The translations under genes were made by a program, and so were the position numbers. From Phoronis australis (taxonomy: Eukaryota > Animalia > Phoronida): a DNA stretch of 64,000 nt. The notes under the pieces are model-generated. The model made no database searches, was not told the origin of the DNA, and saw nothing but the letters and a program-made list of their open reading frames with translations. The DNA lies in contig NMRA01000064.1 of the NCBI GenBank assembly GCA_002633005.1, forward strand, positions 377,977 through 441,976. The letters run 5' to 3'. Below, piece after piece: positions 1-12,300 of the stretch (the first letter of the stretch is position 1; each line of letters begins with the position of its first letter).

Positions 1-623
1 AGTGATGAGCACAAAGTTGTAAGTACACGCCTCACCCGTGGATGTAAAAAATTTAGTCTCTCCCCCTGTTTATAATAAAAAAAAAATTTTCTCATGTGCT
101 ACTGCATTTGAACATATAAAATATGCTTACAGTAGTCATTTTTGAATTTATGCACTTTGTTTTCTGTCCATTCTACTCCATATTGTACTTGAAGGTCATA
201 GATCAGCGTGCAAGGGTTTGTTAATCAAATTTGCTCAATGCGTATTATGAAGAATGAGTCGATAATAAGGTCAGCCTAGGCACGCTGGACTTTATCTACT
301 CCTCTTCAGATGTGTTTTCCTGTCGACACCAAAAATATTTACACTGGCTGTGCATGATTCACTCTTGTGGCATATATACTGGATTGACTCTCCAGACTTG
401 ACTGACTTGCCTCAAAAATCCATCGGATGTCTTAGTCAGATGACCCTGTTGAGTGAAGCAAGTGCAGTCTCTAAGTCATCTTGTTTAACTCATCGTCTTT
501 AAGAAGAACCGAATCATGGCAAACCATGAACCAAATAATGGTTTTCATAGATGGGGCTTTAATACTTTTGTTGGTGTTGATAGAGTGGGATACTGGCATA
601 TCTACTGTGTTCTTGTGTTTTAG

Positions 624-2607
624 ATTTTTGTGCTTGAAGAATGAAAAAACAGCATGTGTAGCATTCGGATCATACGGCAAAAATCACCCTCAAGTGAAAT
701 CGACGGCTCCTTACGTCCTGCCGCTTCTCAACTTTTTACAGTTTCTATTGATAGCAGTGAAAAGGTAAGTCTTGGCTAAGCCTTTGATGCCTCAATTTTG
801 GGTCAGAATATGGGCCCCGTTCCCCATGAAAAATATTTTGAAATCATGCAAAATTTCCTCATCAGACCCCAAAATTCTCTTTCAGTGATTAAAAATCCTT
901 TCAATGTGAGAATTTTTTCTGCAAAACGTTTTTGGCTTCTTGAGGCATTGGTTTCCCCTCAGGTGAGTGAGAACTATGCCTGGTGAGGTTAGCAAGTGGT
1001 ACAGTGCAATAGTAACTTATGTTGAGTAGGTCTTCAAGGAATCCTGAAGTGTAAAAACAATTTCAATGGTTAGATCATACACAGAGCAAATGAAATACCT
1101 CACTGAGATGATGTCCTGTGAAAGTCCCAGGTAACAGCCAATTAAAATGAATGACCTTGACCTTACTAGTTAGAGGAGGCATTGTGCACTAGTGGGATAA
1201 TTGTCGCTTCTTTTGCTCAAGGTCATGCATGGGTTTGATTTCCACTGGGGCACATTGTTAGACCCTTGAGTCAGGTCTCTAGCTCCTCGGTTCTCTTTTA
1301 ACTGTATATTAATAAAGCATAAAAATGGTTCCAGGTGATCAGTGCAGTTGGCCCACCTGAGTGGCCTGCGCACGTCTCGTGCAATGTGTACCAGACCGCC
1401 TGCAATTATATACCTCACTAGTTCTTAATTTATACTAATTTCCTATTGGTTGGCACATTCTGTGTTTGTTTGGGTTAGTGCCCATGGTCACTTAAATGTC
1501 CTTCCTGGATTTTCAGTATTTTCACTATGTCACGTCCATGTTTACGCTGTTCTCGGCTTTACACCCAATTCCTGATGTTTTCATTTAACAGTTTTAATGC
1601 TGTGGGTGTTAACTCGACCAAATTCATTAAATTGTGTTAGTACAAATCATGCGTGTTCATGTTCTGCTAATGTAAATTGATGCCTTGTTTTTCAGTGGTA
1701 CCATAACACATTATGCAATACTGTGTGAGAAATACAAACCAGCCATTGATCGTGACCCCACAAACTGCAAGGTAGATATGCACAATGCACATTTTTCAAC
1801 CTGGACTTGTAAAATATTGGAGATAATCTTTTGAACTAATTACAATGTTCGATGCTTTTCATGTTATCTGTTACGCTAGCTAAACTGCAGCTTATGATCT
1901 GCACAAAATAAGGGAGCCTGGCTTGTTACCACAAAAGTTGTGGTGTCATCTGGGCTAATTAAAGTTTTGGTTACCGTAGTCGTACACGTTAATGCATATT
2001 TACAAATTAAAGCTCATTAAGTTGGTATGCGTACATATACATTTACACTTTTGTTCACAAAATCTCTATTTCTTTCAATTATCTGCTTATTTCCAGTATT
2101 TAGACCGCATAGGACAGTTGTATTTTGGTATGCCTGCACCCAAACCAAAGACAGGAGGAGGTCTGTTAGGTAACCATTTACGTTTTTCCCCACTTACGAT
2201 TCTCTATGTGGATCTTACAAGGATTTTGTAAGTACCATATAGTCCAGTTGAACAGATTTAATTTCTTCGATTGTGAACTTTACTGGATGGGTAAAGATTT
2301 ACATTTCAAGAATTCTCTTTGGTGTTTTGTATTAATATCGGGGCAAATTGACCTTTGAATTATTTTTGGCATTTTTCGTTCTACTTTTGCATGAATCAAG
2401 ATGTGCTCATTTCGATCTGTGCTTGAGTACATTATGAATTTATATTTCACGTTAGCGCTCAATGAGTGTAGATTCATGCCACAAACTTGAGTTAAAAGGG
2501 AAGTTTTCTAGTTAAAAATCAAAATTTTGAGTTTAGTTTTTGAACTTTTATCCTTAATACTGGTGGTCTTCCAAGTGTAAACCAAGACTACACAGTTATT
2601 CATGTAC

Positions 2608-2642
<35 letters not shown>

Positions 2643-3159
2643 CATAATAATAATCATAATCATAATAAAAATCATAATAATGCACAGACTAATAGACACT
2701 TATTTTGAGTTTGCACAAAAGTAGAACAGAATTTGTCAAAATTGATTTCTAGTTTTGAGTAAAAAGATTAGACCCTGGACCCAGGTTTTCACCACGTCAA
2801 TTAATTAGTGTTAAGGCAACATGCCTTACTGTGAAACTTGAGGTTGGATGCCTTTCTTGCTTCCATTTTCACAGTGTTGGAAAAGTTAGATAACTGTATG
2901 TTAGTGAGGTTGTGCTTATGTCGCTGTCAAGACAAACCTTTTGTATAGCAATAATACAATATAGCAATATTCTTGAGATTGACGCCTTTTTGCATGTCCA
3001 GTTTCTTCATTAACACGACTGATTGAATGCCTCTTGATTGCAGGTAACTTACTAAGCATGTTTGATGAGGATGACTCAGACGCTAGTGATGACGAAGCCA
3101 CTTATAGGCCAGCTGCCCAGTCGACAGCTTCAGAAATAAGACAGATGGACTTGGATTAA
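624..3159 (+). CDS. GET4: Golgi to ER traffic protein 4 (GET4/TRC35), 3' part; exons 624-764, 1696-1771, 2097-2169, 3044-3159
   Basis: Four AG/GT-bounded exons with consistent phases translate to FLCLKNEKTACVAFGSYGKNHPQVKSTAPYVLPLLNFLQFLLIAVK-SGTITHYAILCEKYKPAIDRDPTNCK-YLDRIGQLYFGMPAPKPKTGGGLL-GNLLSMFDEDDSDASDDEATYRPAAQSTASEIRQMDLD*. This matches the recalled GET4 C-terminus (FLCLKN...PLLNF...LCEQY...RDP...YLDRIGQLFFG...GGLLGNLL...IELD). Upstream exons lie outside the window. Confidence 0.93.
2608..2680. repeat. (ATA/ATC)n trinucleotide microsatellite in the last GET4 intron
   Basis: ataataataa...atcataata run is directly visible; it explains the poly-Ile ORF 2508..2699. Confidence 0.9.
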
Positions 3160-3452
3160 TGTCTCCAGTCTTGCATAGTCACTCTACTGTATTACAGTAC
3201 ATGCCAAAAGCATTCAGACAAGATGACTCGAATTCCCTGTCATGACAGCTGGATGGAACCTGAATTTATTGTCAGAGTAATCTTAACTTGTCTCTGAAAA
3301 TGAAGGAGGATTAACTGGGTCATCAGTAAGATAGCCATTCTGTAGTAAGGGTGTTGCCTTCATTATAGTTATTACCACTCATCTGTAGTTTATATAATTA
3401 TATGTAAATATTGAACTGGTGTGGAAATATACATCACAAACATTTTAAGTCT

Positions 3453-3646
3453 GGTCCGCACGCCACCTGTTGGCTACATCATGTGACCCATTGAACATAA
3501 GTTTGAAAAATTTTCTGCCACTGATGGTTAGAGCGACTGCACGGTTAGCAGAATGTCCTGGGTTCAAGTCCCGGTCTGGGGCAAAAATCTTTTCAGACCT
3601 ACGTTCAATAGGTCACGTGATGTGGCCAACAGGTGGCGTGCAAACC
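3453..3646. mobile_element. MITE-like fold-back element with ~65-bp imperfect inverted arms enclosing a tRNA-like core
   Basis: Left arm ggtccgcacgccacctgttggctacatcatgtgacccattgaacataagtttgaaaaatttt is the reverse complement of right arm aaaaatcttttcagacctacgttcaataggtcacgtgatgtggccaacaggtggcgtgcaaacc. The core has tggttagagc (D-arm/A-box-like) and ggttcaagtcc (B-box/T-loop). Confidence 0.7.
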
Positions 3647-6343
3647 AACGGATAGCTGGCATGATGGGGAAAAGTTTTTGGTTTGATTTCTTTTGTCTGG
3701 TACTGTACTTTTAAGCTGTCCTCCAAGGATGCCTGCAATTTTATCTATTATTCAACTTTATGGGCAGTTGCAGTACACATTTATATCATTATTATGTTTA
3801 TTCAAATTTATTTATTAGGTTCCCCTCCTCGATGAGTAAACACTGATATTTTTAGGAGTGCTGAGAAATATAATACAACTAGGAAAGAACTATGTACATT
3901 GCAACAAATAAAAAGTCCCTGTTACGTCCCACAACCAATGCGAAATACTGCTTGTTCACTGAGTGCAGTTCTGCCAGGTGGTCCCAGAATGTGAGTGAGA
4001 TGCCTGTTGCTGACAGCCTGACTACGCATTCCTATAATAACTCTGCCAGCCATATTGCATAGAATTCGGAGTCCTTAGTTTTAAACATTTTTATTGGTTC
4101 CTTAGTCATCATACTAGCTTGGCTTTCATCAACTTTATGTAATTTGTTTGAAAGGGAAATTGCCATAGGCGCCCAAATATCTGTCAACAGAATTGTTCTT
4201 TGTTAGCTGATGTACTTCTGTTGTGGACTTGCATTTTAATATCTTGTCTGTGTTTTTTATTAAAATGAAAATGACTGAAATAGTTAGTTTGTTAAATTTT
4301 TCAGTGTACCGCTTGAATATCTTACGGTTTCATTGTCAACATCTTGTGTGGACGTATCACTTTTTAAATTTAAGAATTTAAAAATTTGTAAAAGATCAGG
4401 TATGTCTTAATAGTCAAGAGCGGTTGACCAAAAATAGGATTCGTGTAAGAGAGGCGTTGTTTGAATTAGGAACTGACTTAACGAAATTAGATTTCTTGAT
4501 ACATTTTTATCAATCATTAAATTCTAATGAATGTGTACTGTAACTTTTTCTCAACTATTAGTGCTTATTTCCATTATTACCTGTAATATATACCTTCCAT
4601 TATTAATAAAGGTTACTATTAAAATGTTGATCAGTGTCTGTGTTTCGACTTCTTGAAGCAGCTGTAAATCTGTTTTGTGTCAAAAAACTTTAACTTCATC
4701 CACTTACCAGTATAAAATTTGTCTTCTCTTTGAGAAATGTATTTTTTAGTCTTACAGAGAACTGTCAATTGTTTTCAAGCCTGGAAATTATACAGATTTT
4801 GACTTAAGTACGGTAACAATTTTAGTCCAATTTTATAACGATGAGTTTTCACGATGGAAGGTCCGTTTATTCCTCTTCATATGTTAAATGCTGGCATATT
4901 GTGACATGTATACTTCATATTCATTTTCATGCGATTACAGTAAGATATAGGTGCTTATGTTCTGCGTTCTAAACTGCAAACAAGCAGTACACTGACCGCA
5001 GTTTATTCTAGCACAAAAATTTTGTATATTTTCATGGTGTTGGTGTCACTGTTCACGTCATCTGTTTGATGCAAGTCAAGAGAAAGAATTTGCCAGTGAA
5101 GCCAACCAGACATGTATTGAAATTGGATTTTTAGTCAAACCAGGAAGACACTAACGTCAGTCTGGGTTCAGTTTTGTGAAAAGTGAGTCAAGACTATAAT
5201 TTAGTCTTTCTCTCCCACTTGGCAGTTGAGGTATGAAAGTATAAGTAATTATGAACGCATCACAATCTAGAAATTATCTCAGTAACTAGCAGTTACATGT
5301 GTATTCTCATTTTGGTCCTGTGAGATTTAATCATTTTTCAAAAATAGTTGTATGGTGTGCGACACTAAATTTCTATCTTGAGCGTCAAGTGACTTTTCAT
5401 GAAACGGAGCCCAGGTCAAACTCATAATGACCGTCATGCGTGTAGTTTTTATATTGCTAGTTGACAAATCAATCAACAGTTGGACTTGATGCGTCTAATG
5501 CAACATCACTTTCAATCACATCTTGTTATTACTGTGGACTGTTGTTATAAATAAACATCATTTTAATGCTTCTACGTGTATTTTAATGTACCTAGGATAT
5601 TGCAAAATCATCAAAAACTACTCGTAGGAATGCTACTTATCAGTCAGATATAAAATCTGAAATTTGTTACACAAATACATTCTTGAGTAGATAAATACTT
5701 ACTTATAAAATAACTCCGACCAGCAGATGTTCAGGCTAGAACTACGACGTAAAAATAGTAATAATCGTAAAAATATCTTCAAGGGCATCAGACAATCCTG
5801 CTCACAAACTTTGAATCAGAGATTAGAAGCATGGAATCATCTGCTCAAGCCATCGAGTCACGCTGTGAGTCATGACGTAAACACGAACAAAATGGATAAG
5901 AAGAACAAAATCAATTAGTTGATCGTAAATCAGATGTACCATCAGACTACCTGTACAAAACACACATGTACTATCGGATCACTTGTACAATCACATGAAG
6001 GAATGTATTGATCTTGCGATTGATATGCAAGTACGAATGCTGTGGTTCACGTGTGATTCAATGGTTGGAGAGCATGATTTGCAGTTCATACGTATGAACT
6101 AGTACAGTGAATGTTAATCAGTAATTCAAAAATGACTCAGTCCATTCTGTGATAAACTGTTCAATAAATGGAATGTCTTACTGGCAAAAATAAAAAATAT
6201 CCAAAGCACAATACATAAATTAATAGTTATACAAAAGCCATCCGATTAAAGCAAAATGTCACTAAAATAGCTTGTACACTGAGGCTTGAAAAGCAACTGT
6301 AAATAGTCCTTGTTCTACTTAGTGTAAACATTCCTTGTTCTTT

Positions 6344-9300
6344 TTAGTTTGTTTTCTTGGTATTAGATTCACTGCTGGACACACTCTGTCCACTGGCTGA
6401 AGATCGTCGTCCAACAGAGGGTGCTGAAGATCGGTCAAGGGGTGTCACAAAAGACATGTCTCTTGTTGTTGCCGTGGCTGCAGCTGTAAGTCCACTGGCT
6501 GTTACTACTGTACGTCTGCCTCTCACCTAAATGAACAACAGGAGGATCAGGTTTGGACCAAATTTTACACACTAAATTTTTATTCCCAATACCTCAGTTT
6601 ACAGGCTGGCATAAAGTAATTAAATCGTTGAACTAATCACCTACAGGTACAAATTGTGCATTTTTTGGTAATTAGACTCCTTGAAAAATATAACTTGTTA
6701 TTTATGCTAGTCATATTTCAATAATTAGGACAAGAAATCGACTTGGGATTTGCCTAATCCAGCTGCACAAACATCCAGTGAGCTTTATTTGGTTAATAGT
6801 GTTTTATTGTAGTAAGAACCCTAAGTTGACATGATAAAGACGATAAAATGTAGTCGAGCCACAGTATCAATTTCTATTTCTAAAGATGGCCCTAAATGTT
6901 TTGTTTTTGTTTTTGTTGTGTGAGTGAATCATGCCAGCATGATCGTGCACCGAGAGAAGTGTACTCACTTTGTTAAGACTGTACTGTGAGCCAAGATTCT
7001 CCACCTTCTGAGTGCCTGCCATCAAAGCTGACTTCATGTCCTTATCCAGTTCTGCTCCTCCCATTTCACCAAACACCTACAAAGAACAATCAGACTTATC
7101 GATACCATCTGACTCGTATTCACAATAAAGGACAAGTACAGACCCTAACTACTGGTTCTTTGGTCAACAGAGTGCGCCACAACTATTTAAACTAACAAAA
7201 AGTGATGACAGTAAATCTTCAATTCCTCAGCCACAGTCAGCAATTGGTGTGCTAAGTAAGATAGTTTCTTAGACCATAAACATCCTAGCTACTCATTCCA
7301 TGATAATAGTCACGCACAAGACAGTTGCAGTCACAAATATAATGGCTTGATGAGCAATTTTCTCCCCTACTTCAACATTTCAGCTAGTAAGGTCGCAAAA
7401 AAACTCATGAAACACCAGCCTTTCACAAGCGTGGCCTTGCCACACTAGCAAGGGTCTAGTCTCACCCATTCACACCCTGCATTTGTCTTGTATCAGTGAA
7501 AGCCATGCAGTTCTGATACCAATTTCAGGATAGCAAAATATTTTAATGTAACTTGTTATTGGGAATCAATATACAAAAACTGATTTAATAAGAAAGTCGC
7601 TAATTTGAAAACATTTAAAAAAACACTGCTACATTCAAAGAAAAAACAACAATCATTCACAAAAGTGGGGGCGTTTCTCATTTCAAATGCTGTACCTCGA
7701 TAATAGCTCCATTAGGTAGTCTCAAGAAGTGTCGATACAACTCGCGCAATCCATCCAGATGAAGTGTGTGTATGGACAAGTGGGTCGTCACCTCTTTCTT
7801 GGCTCCCATGGCAGACTCTGCCTGGTCGTCAAGCCAATCAGTGGACTCCATCTGAAACGAATGGAAGAAACTCACAGTTGCAAACAGACTTACTTGGCGA
7901 CTCAAATAAACATTCAACGGTATAGTTCATTACTTGCTCAAATTCCGTGTGAAACAGATACAAAGAGAGGACCCAGGTTGGACAATGAAGGTTGTGGATG
8001 AAATGCAAGATGGTAGTTTCTACAATGTAAAATATATGTTATTACTATTTTTACGCACCCACCATGAACCAAAACAAGGGAGTGCCAACACCTCATGTAA
8101 GATACTGTTGTATTACTTGCAGCTCAAACAATGGCAGCAAACAGCAACAGCCTGCCACTCACTGACAGCAGCCAATCAGGTGGCTTGAAAGTACACATCT
8201 CCAACTTGTGAGGTCTCTGTGTAAGGAAATTCCAATTTACTCAACCTCAGCAAGCAGAGTATTATCAAACGTCGTTCCGATCATAATTATTTTCACTCAC
8301 AGCCTCTTCCTCCCAAATGTAGTCATAGACGGCCACTTTACGTCTTTCTCCCTCCTCCCCACGCCACTGCTCAGCCTTCTTGCAGATGTAAGACAGCTCC
8401 TGATTGGATATCTCAAGGTCAAAGGGTATAAAGATGTTCTCCTCACTGCCATGTAGACGCCAGTAGATGTCCAACATACGGCCATTGTTGTGCAGCCTGA
8501 CAACAACGAAAACAAATTGTACCACAGAAAGAAAATCTCACTAAAAATTACAATAATACAAGAGAATGAGAGAAAAGCATTTATGTTACATTTTCATTAG
8601 TAGGTTTTAGTTATCTTCTTCAGTATCTTTTATCATAACATTTTTGACAACTTTCTTAATATGTTTTTGAAAAATTACTCTACAGTATGAAGTAAAATGC
8701 CGATTAATTAAATATAAATAGAATTTACCTCATTAAAATTACTATTGTTTAGGGATAAACCACTCTTCATCTGTTTGGCACAAATCAAATGCAGCAAAAA
8801 ACTAATAATCATTTTGCCGTTTACCCAATTGTTTACTAATTGGAAAAGCACTCTCCTAGCACACACTATCCCCTACAGTACATCATTGTATGTAAGACTA
8901 TATCCAATATAAGTGTCTATGACTGTGTGCTGGAGTACATCATTCTACTTTAGACCAACTCCAATATAAGTGTCTATGACTGTGTGCTGGAGTACATCAT
9001 TCTACTTTAGACTAACTCCAATATAAGTGTCTATGACTGTGTGCTGGAGTACATCATTCTACTTTAGACTAACTCCAATATAAGTGTCTATGACTGTGTG
9101 CTGGAGTACATCATTCTACTTTAGACTAACTCCAATATAAGTGTCTATGACTGTGTGCTGGAGTACATCATTCTACTTTAGACTAACTCCAATATAAGTG
9201 TCTATGACTGTGTGCTGGAGTACATCATTCTACNAAAACAAATTGTACCACAAAAAGAAAATTTCACTAAAAATTACAATAATACAAGAGAATCAGAGAA

Positions 9301-12300
9301 AAGCATTTATGTTATTCTTTCATCAGTAGGTTTCAGTTATCTTCTTCAGCTTCTTCAGTATCTTTCATCATAACATTTTTGACAACTTTCTTAATATGTT
9401 TTTCTTAAAATTACTCTAAAATATGAAGTAAAATGCCGATTAATTTAATATAAATAGAATCTACCTCATCAAAATTAGTATTGTTTAGGGATAAATCACT
9501 CTTCATCTGTTTGGCACAAATCAAATGCAGCAAAAAACTAATAATCATTTTGCCGTTTACCCAATGTTTACTAATTGGAAAGGCACTCTCCCACCACACA
9601 CTATCCCCTAAAGTACATCATTATATGTAAGACTATATCCAATATAAGTGTCTATGACTGTGTGCTATAGTACATCATTCTACTTTAGACTAACTCCAAT
9701 ATAAGTGTTTATGACTGTGTGCTATAGTATATCATTCTACTTTAGAGACCTACTCCAATGTAAGTGTCTAAGACTATGTGCAGGAGTATATCATTCTACT
9801 TTACACTAACACCAATATAAGTTCTAAGATTGTGTGCTGGAGTACATCATTCTACTTTAGACTAACTCCAATATAAGTGTCTGTGACTGTGTGCTGGCGA
9901 ACATCATTCTACTTTAAACTAACTGCAATATATGTCTAAGACTGTGTGCTGGAGTACATCATTCTACTTTAGACTAACTGCAATATAAGTGTCTAATAAT
10001 GTGTGCTATAGTACATCATTCTACTTTAGACCAACTCCAATATAAGTGTCTATGACTGTGTGCTGGCGGACATCATTCTACTTTAGACTAAATGCAATAT
10101 AAGTGTCTATGACTGTGTGCTGGCGGACATCATTCTACTTTAGAGTAACTTTTCAACTGCTCTTTCATCGACCGTACATTTAACATATACATGAAACTAA
10201 TCAGAAGTAGAGTACCTGAGGAAGTACATATAGAGAATGGATCCAGAGACGAACCAGATGAAGACATAGAGAAAGACTGTGATGAATATACCAGCCAGAC
10301 CACTGCCCTCAGCACGCATGAAGTGCCAGTAGAGTTTGGCAAAGTCAGCAATCGGCTCAGTGCCACCTCGGTTCTCATGGCGCTGTAATATGGAATAAAG
10401 TAAAAGAGAAATGACCCCAATTTACTGTCAAAGAGAAAAATAATATTTTTTAAGACCAAATGAATGTTAAGTGGTGCCCTCCATCATCAATTTAAGCTAG
10501 AAAACCACAAATCATCACTTTTCAAGTTTATCCAGCAGTAGCTTCTGTTTAGCTTTACATCTTTCTCTGCCTGTAACTTCAAGACGTCTCTTTCTTTAGT
10601 TTTTAGTTTTTTAGTTTGAAAAGTAACTTATTTGATGATAACAAAAATTTCACATAGAAATTGATACTTACATGGTTTACATTGAAATTTTTCTAGTCGT
10701 GAAACAACTGTCTATTTCTGTACAAAATACGATTTATTAAGAATGGAAACTACGGCTAGTTCTTTAATTATTTTGATACAAACAGAATTTATTATGGAAT
10801 TTAATTTGTTACTTTTCTATACTTTTAAGAAGAAGAAATGACAGCTTGCCCCCAAACTATACACTGCTAGAGCAAAGAAAATCTAAAACAAAATCAGCAC
10901 GGTGTGGAATCCAATCTGTAACTCTTGTGTCACAACCATACACTGTGCTGGCTGAGCTAAATCTCACTCAGTGTATGGCAGAATATTTTAAGGGTATTTA
11001 ACTTGTGAAGACACCAACCTTGATTTCAGTGATATGTCAGAAAATGACAAGAATTATTGATTTCTAATAATATCACAAGAACACATTTATTGTCCTATAT
11101 TTTTAATCAAAAGCTAATAATTTCAAAAAGTAAATTCCATTCAATAAAATACCAAAATTACATTGCTGGTCATAAAAACAATAATGTTCAGTTAAAGAGT
11201 ATTAAAGCCATTGACATGTATGTAGACACATGCTGATAATTATGGTCAGTTTGTGATTAAGCGGGCATCATAAGCCCTGTAAACACTGACCAGTAGGCAT
11301 GCGTCCACTATGGTGATCAGCAGGGGGTCCAGGAAGGTTTGCAGGCCATAGCCAATGACAAACTTGGAACCAATGTCGGGGAATGTGTTGAAAACCTTCT
11401 GTGCTAGCCAGCTGAACAAGACAAGGATTACGAAGATGACTATGTTGATGCCTGGACCAATCACCACAATGCCAATCTCCTCCCGTGTATGGAGTAGGGA
11501 ATTCTGGTAGTTAAGGTTCACAGTGTAGGGCAGGAAGTCAAACCTGAAATGTCATAATGACAGACATACAGGAAGTGAGGAGAGTTGTAAGGACCCCAAC
11601 TAAAAGCATGCGGAATTTTGGCATGACGTGTCGTCACCCTCAACACCACTGATGCACAGTTTAGGGGTACCTTCAATATTAATACCTTCACTCTGTCCAC
11701 TACTGCCATACAACTCATGTTTATATTAAGATAAAAACTTAATTAAGTGCATATTTAATGAGCACAATTACTAACGCCCATATGGAAAACAACTTGCATG
11801 AAATATTTTCAAGATCCAAACTTCGATATTTATCAACACATGATTGAAGTAACACTTCTTGTGAACTGTTATGAAGAGACAAATTGCCTTTTATTGACGG
11901 GCATTGACACAGCTAAAACAATACAACCAATGAGGAAATGGTCGTCGAGTTCAACACCTACTTGTTGATAGGGATGGTCAGTGCATTCAGGTAAATCCAC
12001 TGCCCTATGTAATGAATGTAGATTCTGACGAAAAAGATGATAATGAAGATCATTAACATTCCCCAGAATTCCCTGCTTCTCCACTGCGACAGGCCAAGCT
12101 CAGACAGAAGCTGACGGCTCACGTAGGACGCACGCTTCGAAGTGTTACGGTCCGCATGACCTTTCTCAGAAAATGGTGACCTGAAAAATCAACACAGTGA
12201 TCTCTTATTAAGCACCTTTAACATCATTAGGAACAGAACACTGGATTTTCTTGCTACATGTTGCCTTGATTTCATTCCTCTCAAATGACCGGTATCATCA

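Noticed and set aside
3520-3583. Functional tRNA gene
   Set aside because: The 5' acceptor strand is missing, the anticodon loop is non-canonical and the sequence sits inside inverted repeats. Treated as a tRNA-derived fragment.
8509-10145. Regularly spaced 57-bp repeats as a CRISPR-like array, plus a duplicated flank
   Set aside because: The units are head-to-tail with no unique spacers, there are no cas genes and the context is a eukaryotic intron. The flank duplication restarts at a single N (9234).
10885-10975. Minus-strand tRNA/SINE-like sequence (tagctcag...gattggattcc)
   Set aside because: The boxes are too degenerate to support a call by eye.
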